NCBI GenBank assembly: GCA_951406725.2
Contig: OX597818.1
Location: 117,242,001 to 117,306,000 of the forward strand
Reading direction: 5' to 3'
DNA from: Octopus vulgaris
Taxonomy: Eukaryota
DNA length: 64,000 nucleotides
Shown here: positions 25,755 to 38,489 of the stretch, piece by piece
Layout of the letters: every line of letters starts with the position of its first letter
Numbering within the stretch: position 1 is the stretch's first letter
Notes under the pieces: model-generated
Told to the model about the DNA's origin: nothing
Database searches by the model: none
The model's input: the letters and a program-made list of their open reading frames with translations, nothing else
Made by a program: the position numbers and the translations under genes

Positions 25755-25789
<35 letters not shown>

Positions 25790-25943
25790 GACGATCCTCA
25801 TTCAGCTTCCTTCTATCAGATCCACACACGGCTTTTATCCGAGGCTATAGTAGATTATTTTGTGCAAGGTGCCGTTCAGTGGGACTGAACCAGGAACCAT
25901 GTGGTTGCGAAGCTGACTTCTTAGCACATCCACGCCTGCGCCT
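25141..25943 (-). mobile_element. Old SINE family A copy interrupted by a SINE C insertion
   Basis: A tail and 3' body at 25141-25360; A 5' body and head at 25710-25943. Confidence 0.8.
25364..25702 (-). mobile_element. SINE family C copy with candidate 7-bp TSD TACAAGC
   Basis: Head ggtgcatggcgcagttgttag..gagttcgatccc, core gttgtgttcttgaggaagacactttat; tacaagc at 25357-25363 and 25703-25709. Confidence 0.85.
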
Positions 25944-26932
25944 ATAATTTGTGGGATATTTGTAAAACGGAAGTCGAATTCATTATTCGTTTTATGTCAA
26001 ATTAATATGTACGTTCATATGTATAATTCATGCGTAGAGCGGCACCACCTGACGCTATTCTTTGTGATTATTTCAAATGAGACGATGTAATTTTAATAAC
26101 CCACTGCTGCTATTTCCTGTAGGTCAAACAGATCATGAAGATGCACATTCGTCGATTAATGGAACAAGGGTTTGCATAAGAATCAGTATTCTGAAAACGG
26201 AAACAAAAACAACGTTTCTTGGATTTGTACACAACGGAGAAAATTTTCAAATATTTTTGTGTTATTTTGGAAATAAAACTTCAGAACCATGTTTATATGC
26301 AAGTAAAGGAATACATATAAACGTAATATATATCTCCCATATCACAATAAGTTTTCATAATCTTGCATTTGGCATTTTAGCATTAACCTGAAGAAAATGT
26401 CAAGAGTTAAATCTCCAGGAATACAAACAGCGAGCGATATATATATGGAGATGACAGACGCAAAAATACACACAGTCAAGCATATACATACAACCTCAAA
26501 CAGAGATGCACACAATACATACATGCATACACAAACACACACACAAGCATATATGTATCTATATATATATATAGTGATACAAATACATATTAATGCGTTT
26601 ATATGTGTAATTTCATGTATGTATACATAGTGTTGTCGTCAAATGAAAGCTGTTGACCTTAGTAATTGCTTAGGTCGACAATTTATTTCAATACATATAC
26701 ACACAGAGATACACAGATTCACAGACATGTGTATATTAAGTGTATGAAGTGAAAATAACAAACAGTAAGACACTATACAGGCTGCGTAGGCAAATGTTAA
26801 ACATGCACAGGTCGACTGTGGTTTCCAAAATCGAATACTGATTGTTATCATGTTTACATTCACACACACACACACATACATTTACTTACATATGAATACA
26901 GAGAGAGGGAGGGAGACAGATACATACACATA

Positions 26933-27095
26933 TACGAGGGAATGCTGAAAAGTTCCTGGCTTTAAGGATATCGTGAAAGGCCTGGCTGGAGGTATCACCT
27001 TCCGAGTTCTTCTACAGGGCTTAGAGAAACTGATAGGGGAATGTAGAGAACGAATTATAAAGACGGAAAGTGAATACAAGAAAAACTTTATTGCT
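26933..27095 (+). mobile_element. Mariner-derived non-autonomous remnant
   Basis: TA+cgagggaatgctgaaaagttcc TIR-like start, then LQGLEKLIGECRERIIKTESEY resembling the mariner C-terminus (GxxKLxxRxxKCxxxxGEY). Confidence 0.6.
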
Positions 27096-27253
27096 CACTA
27101 CGATCGTTTCGACATATCCTTCATCGATCCCACGCGTATGGGAAACTATACAACTAGTTGTGGCACATTCTTCGTTGCACAAGCGACTTGCCATGTGATA
27201 TAACAAGACGTGTCTCCTTAAATGAACTCTGTTTCGCTCGAATTTATTAAATT

Positions 27254-27288
<35 letters not shown>

Positions 27289-27475
27289 AAGGGAAAGTTT
27301 ACGAAAATAAACAAAAGACGAAGGCAGGTGGAGTACAAACAAACAAATGTATTAGTATAGCGCTCAGGAATAGAAAAAGTATTTTACGTTTCGAGCCTTC
27401 GCTCTTCGACGGAAAGATACACAGAAAAAAAAACAAGGAGAGAAAAAATTCGTGTAGGAGCTAATGATCTATCGA
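27289..27475 (-). mobile_element. Short TA-embedded element (probably Penelope-derived) with hammerhead-like motif
   Basis: Homologous in reverse orientation to 30495-30663; flanked by (TA)n. Confidence 0.7.
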
Positions 27476-27493
27476 TATATATACGAGCTAACG

Positions 27494-27568
<75 letters not shown>

Positions 27569-27741
27569 GAGATAGATAGATAGATAGATAGATTATGAGA
27601 GGTAATGGTGTCAGTAAGACCCAAAGGTGTCAGGTAATGCTGAGTAAGTGCTATGGATAGACCATAGTTATGCTCCAGCTTCGGTGATTATGCGAATAAG
27701 GAGTCCAACGTAGGTCATAGAAGAACGTGTATGCATAATTG

Positions 27742-27922
27742 TTTTTTTCAGAATGAGATAAAAAAAAAACAAGTGTGTGAAGATTTTAGAACATTTATAA
27801 ATAGAAGATCTTACACCTGTTTCTCGGATATCTATTATCTCCCTTCATCGGAGACGGTGTGAGAAAATGGTTAATGTTCTAAAATCTTCGCAGCCTTGGT
27901 TTTTTATCTCATTCTGAAAAAA
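27742..27922. mobile_element. Foldback element with inverted arms of about 50 bp enclosing a hammerhead-like motif
   Basis: ttttttcagaatgagataaaaa..gaagattttagaacatt pairs with aatgttctaaaatcttc..tttttatctcattctgaaaaaa. Confidence 0.75.
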
Positions 27923-28204
27923 GTATATATATATATATAAATTCAATAAACAAACCATTCAAAAAATGGAAAGAGACAAAAAAAGAAAAAACAACGTACG
28001 TGAGGACGTGCACAAGAATTATATTAGTCTGACACTCGGTAGCCACAAAATGCAAACCCAGAAATATCTAAATATATAACTCCAACTCCAGTGTTAATTA
28101 AAACAGCAATTCACAATATATAAAGATTTAATAACGACAGAGCCTATCGTCTGTCTGGATGTCTGAGCCTTTCTTTAACATTATTAAATCGTTTCGTTGA
28201 AATC

Positions 28205-28310
28205 GTTTGTGGAAGGAGGTTCCTGATGACCAGCAGTCAATGCCACGTGTTATCAATACTAGAGTGACTCACGGTTCTGTATTTGGTCTTTTTCTTTTTC
28301 TCTACTACAC
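28205..28310 (+). pseudogene. Possible CR1/Jockey-group RT fragment
   Basis: RVINTRVTHGSVFGLFLF resembles GVPQGSVLGPxLF. Confidence 0.4.
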
Positions 28311-29017
28311 TTGTGTAACTGGGGAACTGTGAAGATGATTCAATGGTTGAATACATCTCTCTGTGTCTGTTCTGAATAGTAATGATCACCTACGGAACAG
28401 AATCACAAACTCTGAAGTCTGAGATGAACCACTCTGCGAGATGGATCGTGAAATCTATAAGGTCAGAGTAGGAACAGCACGGGTAAGATATGAGACGAAG
28501 TTGAGATCTTACCTCTAGGTTTGTATAGTAGGAATAAGCAATCGTTTTCGAGAATTGGGTCGCTCTACCCAAAACTTCTGCGCAAGTAACAGTATGACCA
28601 TGACAGTGAAAAGTGTAGAAGCGTTGTTGTACAGACAACAGCAGTAGCTAATGGAATTCGGAGACTACCGTATTCGAGGGGTTGATCAATTAAATAAGTG
28701 AAGTGTTTCTACGGACCTGAATTTGAATTGCAATGGGGGAAAATAGCTACGGAAATCAGTGGAATACAGGGAATAGCATAAAATTATTTGCATGTCCTAA
28801 TTGAGCATTTCAAGGAGAGAGAGAGAGAGAGGGGGTGAGAGAGGGAGAGAGAGAGAAAGAAAGCGATCGAGAGAGAGAGAGAGAGAGGAAAAAAGAGATC
28901 GAGAGAGAGAGATGAACAGAGAAAGGAACAGAGAGAAAGAGAGAGAGAGAGTCTGTGTTCGATGGCATAATATTTAGTGTCGTGTTCTTTGAAATGTTAA
29001 AGTAAACTTATTATCAT

Positions 29018-29189
29018 AGGTGCAAGAGTGGCGGTGTGGTAAGTAGCTTGCTTATCAACCACATGGTTCCGAGTTCAGTCCCACTGCGTGGCACCTTGGG
29101 CATGTGTCTTCTACTATAGCCTCTTGCTGACCAAAGGCTTGTGAGTGGATTTGGTAGGCGGAAACTGAGAGAAGCCCGTCGTATATATG

Positions 29190-29239
<50 letters not shown>

Positions 29240-29432
29240 TCCCCCCAACATCGCTTGACAACCGATGCTGGTGTGTTTACGTCCCGTAACATAGCGGTTC
29301 GGCAAAAGATACCGATAGAATAAGTACTAGGTATACAAAAAATGAGTCCTCTGGTCGATTTGCTCGACTAAAGGCGGTGCTCCGGCATGGCCGTAATCAA
29401 ATATCTGAAACAAGTAAAAGAGTAAAGAGAGT
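29018..29432 (+). mobile_element. Full-length SINE family A copy
   Basis: Head, (TA)n(TG)n core and tail all present. Confidence 0.93.
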
Positions 29433-30494
29433 CATCATTTCATTCGTCTGTCATGGACAAAAACATAGCTGTAACAGGCAAGAGTCAGAGCTGACTCACT
29501 AGAGTACAAATGAAAAACATGTCTGCCTCAGGTAGTCTGCCTTATTCTGCAAATTCATTCAAGAACACTGCAATGACAGTGATTCTGATCTGTACCGAGT
29601 TTTTCTCTTCTCTTGAAGAAAGTACGTAGAATGGGAAATGTTCATTACCGAATCATTCCATGGATTTCTGTAGATTTTTGCCCAAGACTATATTTGAATA
29701 GGTCATCCAGGTGTTGCCTTACCATGTTATACTAACAGGTATAAATAAGACTTCCAAGTGCATATTCATATTCTCAATAGACATGCGTGTGTGAATGTGT
29801 GTGTGTGCCTTTGTGTGGTCTCGGCTCCCTGGTTTTACATGGAAAAGATAAAAGAAATTATCTGCAACAAAATGTAAGTATTAATTTACAACATATGCTT
29901 TTAACCAATCGATAACATGAAATAATCAAAAGATACCCACCTACCTAGGAACAGATATTGATACAATCACGTATGACATAGATTCATAAGGATACTGTCC
30001 GTTTTGGTTATAAAACCAAACAACCATCTCTCTTTTAAAACAATCAATACAAGATGCATAGTGACTAAGGTTAAACAAATTGTACTTTCAACGAACAATG
30101 GAATACGATACACTTGACTGGATGCTATTAGTAACATCACTATAAAAACGATAACGACTGATTAATTTTTAATTTAGAAACCATTATCAAAATACGAATT
30201 GCTATTTGTTTATTGTAAAACATTTGCGACACATTGATACAGCATAAGCTAATGATAGGAGAACTCTAAATGAGATTCAACAGATAGAAAAGAGAAAAAC
30301 ATCATGGACGTAAATTTTGGTATCGTGTGATGTATATGTGTGTATATGTTTATTTGATTTACAAACACGTATTCGATGGACATACATAAATTATAAGTAG
30401 GTTTACGCCAAAACACAGCCGTATATGTTTACGAATATATGTGTGAGTATTTATGTGCTAGTGTATGTATGTATAGGCCGACATATACACACAT

Positions 30495-30663
30495 TTTTTT
30501 CTCTCCTTGTTTCTCTCCTTGAGTTTTTTCTGTGTCCTTTCTGTAGAAGAGCGTAGGCTCGAAACGTAAAAGAATTTTTGAATTCCTAAGCGTTATACTA
30601 ATACAGCTCTTTGTTTGCTACACCACCTGACTTCGTCTTTTGTTTTATTTCGTTAACTCTCCC
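30495..30663 (+). mobile_element. Short TA-adjacent element (probably Penelope-derived) with hammerhead-like motif
   Basis: ctttctgtagaagagcgtaggctcgaaacgtaaaag; homologue of 27289-27475. Confidence 0.7.
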
Positions 30664-30695
30664 TATATACATAGATACATACATACATACATACA

Positions 30696-30809
<114 letters not shown>

Positions 30810-31399
30810 TACAGGAAATGTTTTCAATATACAAATAAAGTTTCTATTTCCACATTGCCGGCCATAGTCTAATGATGCTGACTGGGGAACCAGTGTTTGG
30901 GGTTGCATCGAGCTATGCCGATATAATGTGGAATAAATAGAGTAATAATTATACTAATACTTGGATGGAATTTATAAATATTTTATGCATCACTACGCAT
31001 GTTTCTACAAATCACATGTCTTTTAAGATCACAGTCCCTATTCCAAGGATATATACAGTGTAGTCTGTTGTATCCTTGGGCATCGGATATATCATATTCA
31101 TGGATTCATTTCTTCAGCCGATATAACATTAATGGATGTTTATCCATTATAAGCAGTCTGCAGGTTGGTTATGTGTGTATTTCTGTGCGTATTTTATGTG
31201 GAAGGTGATGGAAAGGGAGAAAGAAATTGTAGTTATGTGGGGAAGGCTTGTGCGTATGATGATGTTGGAATTATTGTGCTATTCAGGCTGCAGATGTTAG
31301 GGATGAGTCGTACATTCACTCGTTCGATCTCATATAAAAAATGACTATCTTCAATGAATTCTTAAGTAAACAAGACAGCCGATACAACTACTACAAACA

Positions 31400-32770
31400 T
31401 TAGCTGTAGGAGTTCATTGTCTGAATTGATAAATCATACTTTCATAGGGAGACTTTTAATTGTTTCTCGTAGTACACCTGAATAGTGTATACCATCCTAA
31501 ATACCTGTTGGTTTGTTTATTTGCTTGTGTCCCTTCCTTGTTCTATAATATGCTGAAGGCGGTTGATATTATTCTGTTCCAAAATGTTTGCTTCAAATTC
31601 CAGAAACGATGAATTGCTTTATGTTTGCATGATATGATCAATACAGAGTGTTTATTGATCACGTTTTCGCTGGATGTGATGATTTCCTGAGTTACTTCTA
31701 GGCATAAGATGCATACCCGTGATGTTGTTTTATACGGTGCAGCGATTTTATAATAGGCGAGTGAGTCATATGCTCCACGCCATTCTGTTTGCACATGTAG
31801 AAGAAGTTCGAGAGTGATGTGGAGTGTCTTGTATTTACATTGGAAAATGATGTGAGATGGTTGCGCAGACGATTTTTCATGATGTCACCGGCACCACCAA
31901 TGTACATGTATTTCTGTTGGTTTCTCCTGACATTTGTAAACTACATTCTTTATGATGCAGTTGTTGTTAAAACTGCATTTCCTTTTACGTTTACAGCTGC
32001 ATGTGATATTATTTTTTTTCGTTCTTCCAGCGGCGTTACTACTGGTGGTCCCTGTTCCTCTTCCTCCTGTTATTGTGTCCTCATTTCCCCTGTGTATGGA
32101 TTGGACCTTCAACTGTATGGTATTGTTTGGGTCTGTTTTTGCTATTGGTGAGTTTATATTACTCCTATTATCAACCATTTTCTCATCATATATAGAGCTA
32201 CAGTTGCTTCGTATTTCCTCTCCAGTTTTATTCCATTTAGTTCTGTATTATTTAGTTTATGTATGTGATATTCTAGATTGTGATAGATCACGTATGCTAA
32301 TTTTACATTATGCCTGTTGATAATTTTGTGATATTAGGAAGATCTTGGAGAGTGTCTATCTAATGATGCAAAGAATTCCTGACCTATTTTGGACTATTTT
32401 TGTGAGTTGAAAATCGAGTTAAACCAAATAATTTAATCACTTATTTTTACATTTCTTTTAATATATCTGCTGTGTTTCTTAGTGTATTTTATTTCCTCTG
32501 TTTCTACGATCTTATTATCATTATTTCTATCGGCGCTTAACAGTGCCCTTCTTTATAAATTTGGCTGCTATTTCGTGTGTCCTGTTTTATATCTATCCCT
32601 CTTAGTATTACGGTTTTTTCTTTCTCTTTTGATCTCTATCATATTTACTGTTTTTCTAGGTTTTGATATTGAGAAGTTATTTATATGATTGTCTCTGCTA
32701 TTAACAACGCTCGCTGGGTATCGTGCCCTCTCCGTCTTCTATTTATATACTATTCTATCCTTGTATCCCA
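31400..32770 (-). mobile_element. Decayed 5'-truncated Penelope-like retroelement (RT C-terminus, Cys-rich linker, GIY-YIG endonuclease)
   Basis: IIWFNSIFN..IGQEFFASLDRH (IIWFNPP..IGK.FL.L.DKHF-like); CSCKRKRKCSFNNNCIIKNVVYKC; YIGGAGDIMKNRLRNHLTSFSNVNTRHSTSLS; APYKTTSRVCILCLE...INKHSVLIISCKH, across frameshifted ORFs 31885-32178, 31698-31907 and 31543-31794. Confidence 0.9.
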
Positions 32771-32873
32771 CTCTAGCTAGTGCTTACTTGTAATATCCGG
32801 CGTGCATATCGAATATCCGTTTATCCGCGGGATATAAAGATAGAATAGTATACATACAGAATAGGATAGATAA

Positions 32874-32939
<66 letters not shown>

Positions 32940-33334
32940 TAGGTAGATATATATATAGATAGATAGATAAGTCTGTGCGTACATATATGCACGTATGTGT
33001 GTTTAAGTATAGTTACCATATGGATTACGATCCCCGTTGACAGGCCGCTGGCATTAAATAAAGCGCTAAATACAGAAAGCATACAAATTAGTAGCTCCAA
33101 TTATCTGAAGCTACGGGATTTGTTGTATATAAAAACAGAATCGCTACTTGACTCTCTGCCATTGACCAGGTGATTGTCCACACCTCTGATTAGAACACAA
33201 TTCCAGGAAAGTTGTTCAGAGTTTTGTCGTGTCTACGATGAAATAGTTACATTTTCCTTGTTTGTATATCTCTTACATATGTCTAAGTATGCATGCATTT
33301 ACATGTATGCATATATATATATATATCTTTTACA

Positions 33335-33530
33335 CTTTTACTTGTTTCAGTCATTTGACTGTGGTCATGGCCGAGCACCGCCTTTAGTCGAGCAAATCGG
33401 CAAAAGAGACCGATAGAATAAGTACTAGGCATACAAAGAATAAATCCCGGGGTTGATTTGCGCGACTAAAGACGGTGCTCGTTGTTCCAGCATGGCCGCA
33501 GTCAAAATGACTGAAACAAGTAAAAGAGAG
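33335..33530. mobile_element. Two SINE A tails fused in inverted orientation
   Basis: Minus-strand tail 33335-33399 joined at tcgg to plus-strand 3' half 33397-33530. Confidence 0.85.
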
Positions 33531-34003
33531 TTAAAGAGAAAAAGAGAGAGTAACAAATGCTTTGCACTCTTCTGTCTGTATGCTAAATTACCTCTGCCGC
33601 TTAAGTTACGGTACAGCAATTGCTGTACTGAAAACGTCTATTGAGGCAGAAACTCGGGACTATGTTTGTGTTTTTGTCTTCAAGCCAAGTGATTAAATTT
33701 GGTCTCATGGAATGTCATTTTCAAAAATTCTTAGTTTATGCGATCGCCTCCTCTGCTCACTTCGTGTTGATATTAAATTCTACAAACTGCGTAAGCTCTC
33801 TGAAATCGCTGAATATTGAAATAATCTACAATTCGTTTCGTCTATTGTTTAATTTACGCTTATTCGTCTATAGGGTGAAAATGGAAACCTTACTTTCCGT
33901 TTCATATATATATATATATAAGGATAGGATCGTTAATTTAATTATCGATCTTAACAAGTGGCCAGCATGGGAATAAAAACCTTGAAAGGTAATAATTATT
34001 ATT

Positions 34004-34192
34004 AAAATTATAATTTAGGCTATCTAAGAGATACCTCCACGCTGGAAATAGCAGCCAAAACTTGACTCCAAAATCACATTAAATGTCCATAGAGCACTAC
34101 GCTGTATGAACATTTAATGTGGTTTTAGAGTCAAGTTTTGGCTGCTATTTCCAGCGTGGTGGTACCTCTTAGATACCTTAAATTATAATTTT

Positions 34193-34230
<38 letters not shown>

Positions 34231-34254
34231 AAAATTATAATTGAGGGTATCTAA
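34004..34254. repeat. Two overlapping foldbacks: about 90-bp arms (34004-34192) and a TA-centred palindrome (34169-34254)
   Basis: ccacgctggaaatagcagccaaaacttgactc pairs with gagtcaagttttggctgctatttccagcgtgg; ttagatacc..catgtata(TA)n tacatg..ggtatctaa. Confidence 0.9.
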
Positions 34255-35479
34255 ACATGAACAAGCAAGAAAAAACAACGCGAGTAAGCACAGTGTTATT
34301 GGACGTTCAGGAAAGGAAAGAAAAGAAAAGAAAGAGAATTTCACGTTTCGAGCGGAGCTCTTCGTCAAAAATATAGAAAGTGTTCAAAGAAGGGAAGACG
34401 GAGATTGAAAAGAAGAGACAGTTTGAAAGAGAAGTGGATGATCGTACTTAATGTATTAAAATATGTATATGATGGGCTGATAAATATTAGCACATCACTG
34501 TAATAACTTCACAAGAGTATATCACTGCAATATTTGAAAACTAGCAGGCAACATATTTCTTTCAATTTTATTATATTTGAACCTAGACGTGGTAAACTGA
34601 GGCACAAATCATTTTATGAGTTAGCGACAATTTCTCAGTATCTCATGTGGAAATCGAAACAGCAATGCTACTTAGTTTCAATTTGCAATGCATAGATCCA
34701 TACTTATCCCACAGTATTCACTTTCTTAATAATGCCTCTGGTATAAAATGTATATCAAACCATCCGTTTACATAAAGCCTTTCGGGGTATTCAACATATC
34801 GTAATAGATGTTAGAAAGACAAGCCTTCTCTATTTCTATAATCAAAAGGATGCAGTAGGAGTCCAAGTATAAGCTACTATATAAATAAAACCAATGTTCT
34901 GTGGCCGCACACTTGTTCTCTGTGTGGTCATTGCTATAATTTACTTCTCAACTCTAAAGTAGATTGTTTCAGTAAAATGATAATATTGTCAATTAGGTTT
35001 AGTGTTTCATGTTCTATATCCTGTTATATGATACGGATCATAAAACACTAAACACTTATCTGGATAAGGTCCTCTTATTGATTGGATTTACCGAAGAAAT
35101 AATGCGTGAAGAGTGCTTAATTCATTTACTTCTGAATCCGTCTGGCTAGCATTTATATAATGACTTCCGTTTCTGTTTGTTGATGTATACCTTGACAGGA
35201 AATCATTCACGTTGTGCAGATCACCTTTTCGGTGTATTGCTGCGGTTCTCTACATTTGGAGTTCAAATACCATGAAGTCATATTTGCATTTTTACAAAAT
35301 TTATTAAAGAATATTTTCCAATCGAGTGCTGTGTTTGGGGTCAATTTATTTAACTAATTACTCATAAACATGTTGCCTTTGTGCAGATCCAAGAAGTCAA
35401 TATTTTTTTCTAATGACATTCCGATAAAAACTCTGTCTCCTTTTCGTAAAAGATAGTTTTTTAATATTAATATTGAATA

Positions 35480-35718
35480 GGGCGGCGAGCTGGCAGAAAC
35501 GTTAGGATGCCGGGCTAAATGCTTAGCGGTATTTCGTCTGCCGCTACGTTCTGAGTTCAAATTCCGCCGTGGTCGACTTTGCCTTTCATCCATTCGGAGT
35601 CGATAACTAAATTACCATTTACGCACTGGGGTCGATGTAATCGACTTAATCCGTTTGCCTGTCCTCTCTATGTTTAGCCCCGTGTGGATAGTAAAGAAAT
35701 AGGTATTTCGTCTGCCGC
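35480..35718 (+). mobile_element. SINE family B copy with the start of a second monomer
   Basis: ggcggcgagctggcagaaacgttag..; ggtatttcgtctgccg restarts after the tail. Confidence 0.88.
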
Positions 35719-36234
35719 ACATAGGAAAAGAAAGCCGATCTGTAATAAATAGCACGGGCGATGCAGTACTCAAAAACATTGCGAAGCTTCTTGCAACGGA
35801 ATGAACCCAGCGTCACAGGTCAAGAAAACTCATATAGAAATGTGTTTCAATCCATATCGTCGCATCTTTTATTCGGATATTTTTCTATATTTAGGAATAT
35901 GTTGAGATAATGCTTGAATTTTTCTAGATGATCGGGAAGTACTTCATGAATATTTAGTAGCTTTGTATAATAGATCCAAACGAACTACTACGGTTTCCAT
36001 CAAATAATTCATGTCGAACCAGTCGCTGTTATTCTGTTTACATCCAGCTACACAATATTTTACATTTTGCCTCATTACTGTTAGTTTCATTTTAAATATT
36101 TTATTCGTCTCAAACTCGCACTAAAGACAGAAAAATATATTTTAATTACTATGTTTCACGTTTGTTTTTCGAAAATTATTTCTTCCAGTTTGAAGTAGAC
36201 GGCTGTAACAGTACTTTGAACACACCCTCCTATA

Positions 36235-36572
36235 AGTAACCAATAACTTGGCCGAGATAGTCATCAAAACTTCTCTTAACCTCCCTACAGTCCAGGCCTT
36301 TGCACACTTTGGTTTTTGGTTGTCCCCCCACCCGAGGAAAACGTAATAAAGAGTCATTCTGAAGACATTGAGAAAGTGGAAGCTGTGACAAGGGCCATGA
36401 ACACGTTCAAATTAAGAGGAGTTCAATGGGCCCTCCACGAAATGACCGGAGCGCCAGAACTTCAATGAAGTCAGAAAAGCCTACTCTGAGGGAGGTTATA
36501 GTTTTGTACTTCTTTGAAATTTATAATTGTTTCTCCTGAAAATGTCTAAAAGCATCCGGAACGCCCCTCGTA
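36235..36572 (+). mobile_element. Mariner (Tc1/mariner) 3' remnant with TIR
   Basis: NLAEIVIKT..PPYSPGL..FGFWL (HPPYSPDLAPCDFWLF motif); ends ..ccggaacgcccctcgta, the reverse complement of a TA-cgaggggcgttcc TIR. Confidence 0.8.
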
Positions 36573-37214
36573 TGTTGATCAACCTGTTCAAGTATCTATA
36601 TTTTTAAAGACGACGCTATGTAATCTAACGGGAAATTTTAATGATGCGTATATAAATAATTCTTCATTACATTTTCAATATTTTTCTGCCCACATTTTAT
36701 GACCATGAACGCATCCATTATCGATTCGAATTACAGAATGTTAACCGTCTTTTTGATTATTGCAATAATCAAAACTTCAAATTTTACATATTCTAGACCA
36801 TATAACTACTTCTATATAAATACTGTTTAATTTCTCGTTGTTCTTTTACCATTTTAGCTGTTAAAATGCCATGTTATTTTTTATAAGTTTGAATTCTGGT
36901 TCGTAAAATATGTTTCTATTTTCCCTGCTAAAACCTCTGTTATTCTGGATTTGAAAGCGAACCTCAAATTATGCATATAACATACAATAGTATTTCACCT
37001 GTAAACAGTTCAGTTATTTAAAAAAAAATATATATATTTTCAGTTCTTGAGGTGCTAAAACGAACACATTATTTAAAATCTCAGAATTTACAAAAAGAAT
37101 GATTTCATCAGATGCATTTTTTTTTTACTCGCGTGTTATTTTACCTTAAGTTCGTTTAAGTACAAATCTGCTTTGATTGTCAATGTTTTCGCTTCTATTG
37201 TTAGAATGCTATTT

Positions 37215-37528
37215 AAGGCGGCGAGCTGGGAGAATCGTTAGCACGCCGGGCAAAATACTTAGTAGTATTTCGTCTGCCGCTGATAGGATTAGATATGAAG
37301 TTGGAGTAAATAGTCTTTTCTATTCTAGGCACAAGGCCCGAAATTTTGGGAGAAGGGGCCAATCGATTAGATCGACCCCATTACGCAACTGGTACTTAAT
37401 TTATCGACCTCAAAATGATGAAAGGCAAAGTTGACCCCAGCGGAATTTGAACTGAGAATGTAAAGACAAACGAAATGCCGCTAAGTGTTTCGCCCGGTGT
37501 GCTAACGTTTCTGCCAGCTCGCCGCCTT
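37215..37528. mobile_element. SINE B 5' fragment (+, 37215-37283) facing a full SINE B copy (-, 37312-37528)
   Basis: aaggcggcgagctgg at the left end and its reverse complement ccagctcgccgcctt at the right end. Confidence 0.88.
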
Positions 37529-38489
37529 GTAGTCAATATTACAATATACTTCAGAGCTAGGCAACACTAGATATCCACGGAGAGAATGAGAGCACGAGAT
37601 ACCATACCACTTTATTCTATGGTTTGTCAGCGTCATGTATTATATATCGTCCGAAGCAAGATCGAGTCGGCGAATCAGTAGTATATAGAGGTAGTGTACA
37701 CAATATATACTGGGTTCCAATGAAGCTGCATATGCACAATAAATTCGAATTATAAAATAAGGGTAGCTTTAGGGAAAAACCTTTATCAGTATAACATAGT
37801 TAACTTAGGTGCGATTTTGAAAATACAGGAGCTGCACTTTTTTGTCCGGGAAGATCATTCTATACATATATGTTATTTTAAAAATGTACAATACATCCTG
37901 AATTCTCGATTATACACTATACTCTTCATAAAGATGTTTCTATCACCTGTTCATCTTCAGATGTGATACCTACTAGAACTGCAAATACAATATGTGTACC
38001 GACATGCTGTTTACTCTTCGGAGATCTTACCGATTTTAATTTAGGTACCTTCGCTCTTGGATGTTAAATTATTTCAGTTGGATGAAATAATTCGTTTACA
38101 ATTACTTGTATGCACCGGTTTCAGTTAACACAGAATTTTCCCATTTGTACATATTCGAAATTTCTAATCAGTTTGTGGGTTTCGTTTATAATCTCAGTAT
38201 ATTTCATTCAATTTATAATTTATGTATAACGTCATTCACTTTCCATTATATTCGGTGATGAGGATACGTCTGTCATGGATCTCTTATTTCGACATATTTC
38301 TCTTTAGCAAACTGCATGGTATTTTCTTACGCCCATTATTCCTCTGTCTATATAATTTATGAAAGTGCTTCTGCCTTTGAATCTATGTATCTTATATGTC
38401 ATCTATATTTCTAGTTTTGCAATTTCCAGTTCCAACTTTCCCCATATTTAACAGAGTTGAAAGAGACTAATCCTTTTTAATTCTGTTGT

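Noticed and set aside
31452-31506. Hammerhead-like fold in the 3' region of the Penelope-like element
   Set aside because: A stem and GAAAC are present, but core and cleavage site are too degenerate to count as evidence
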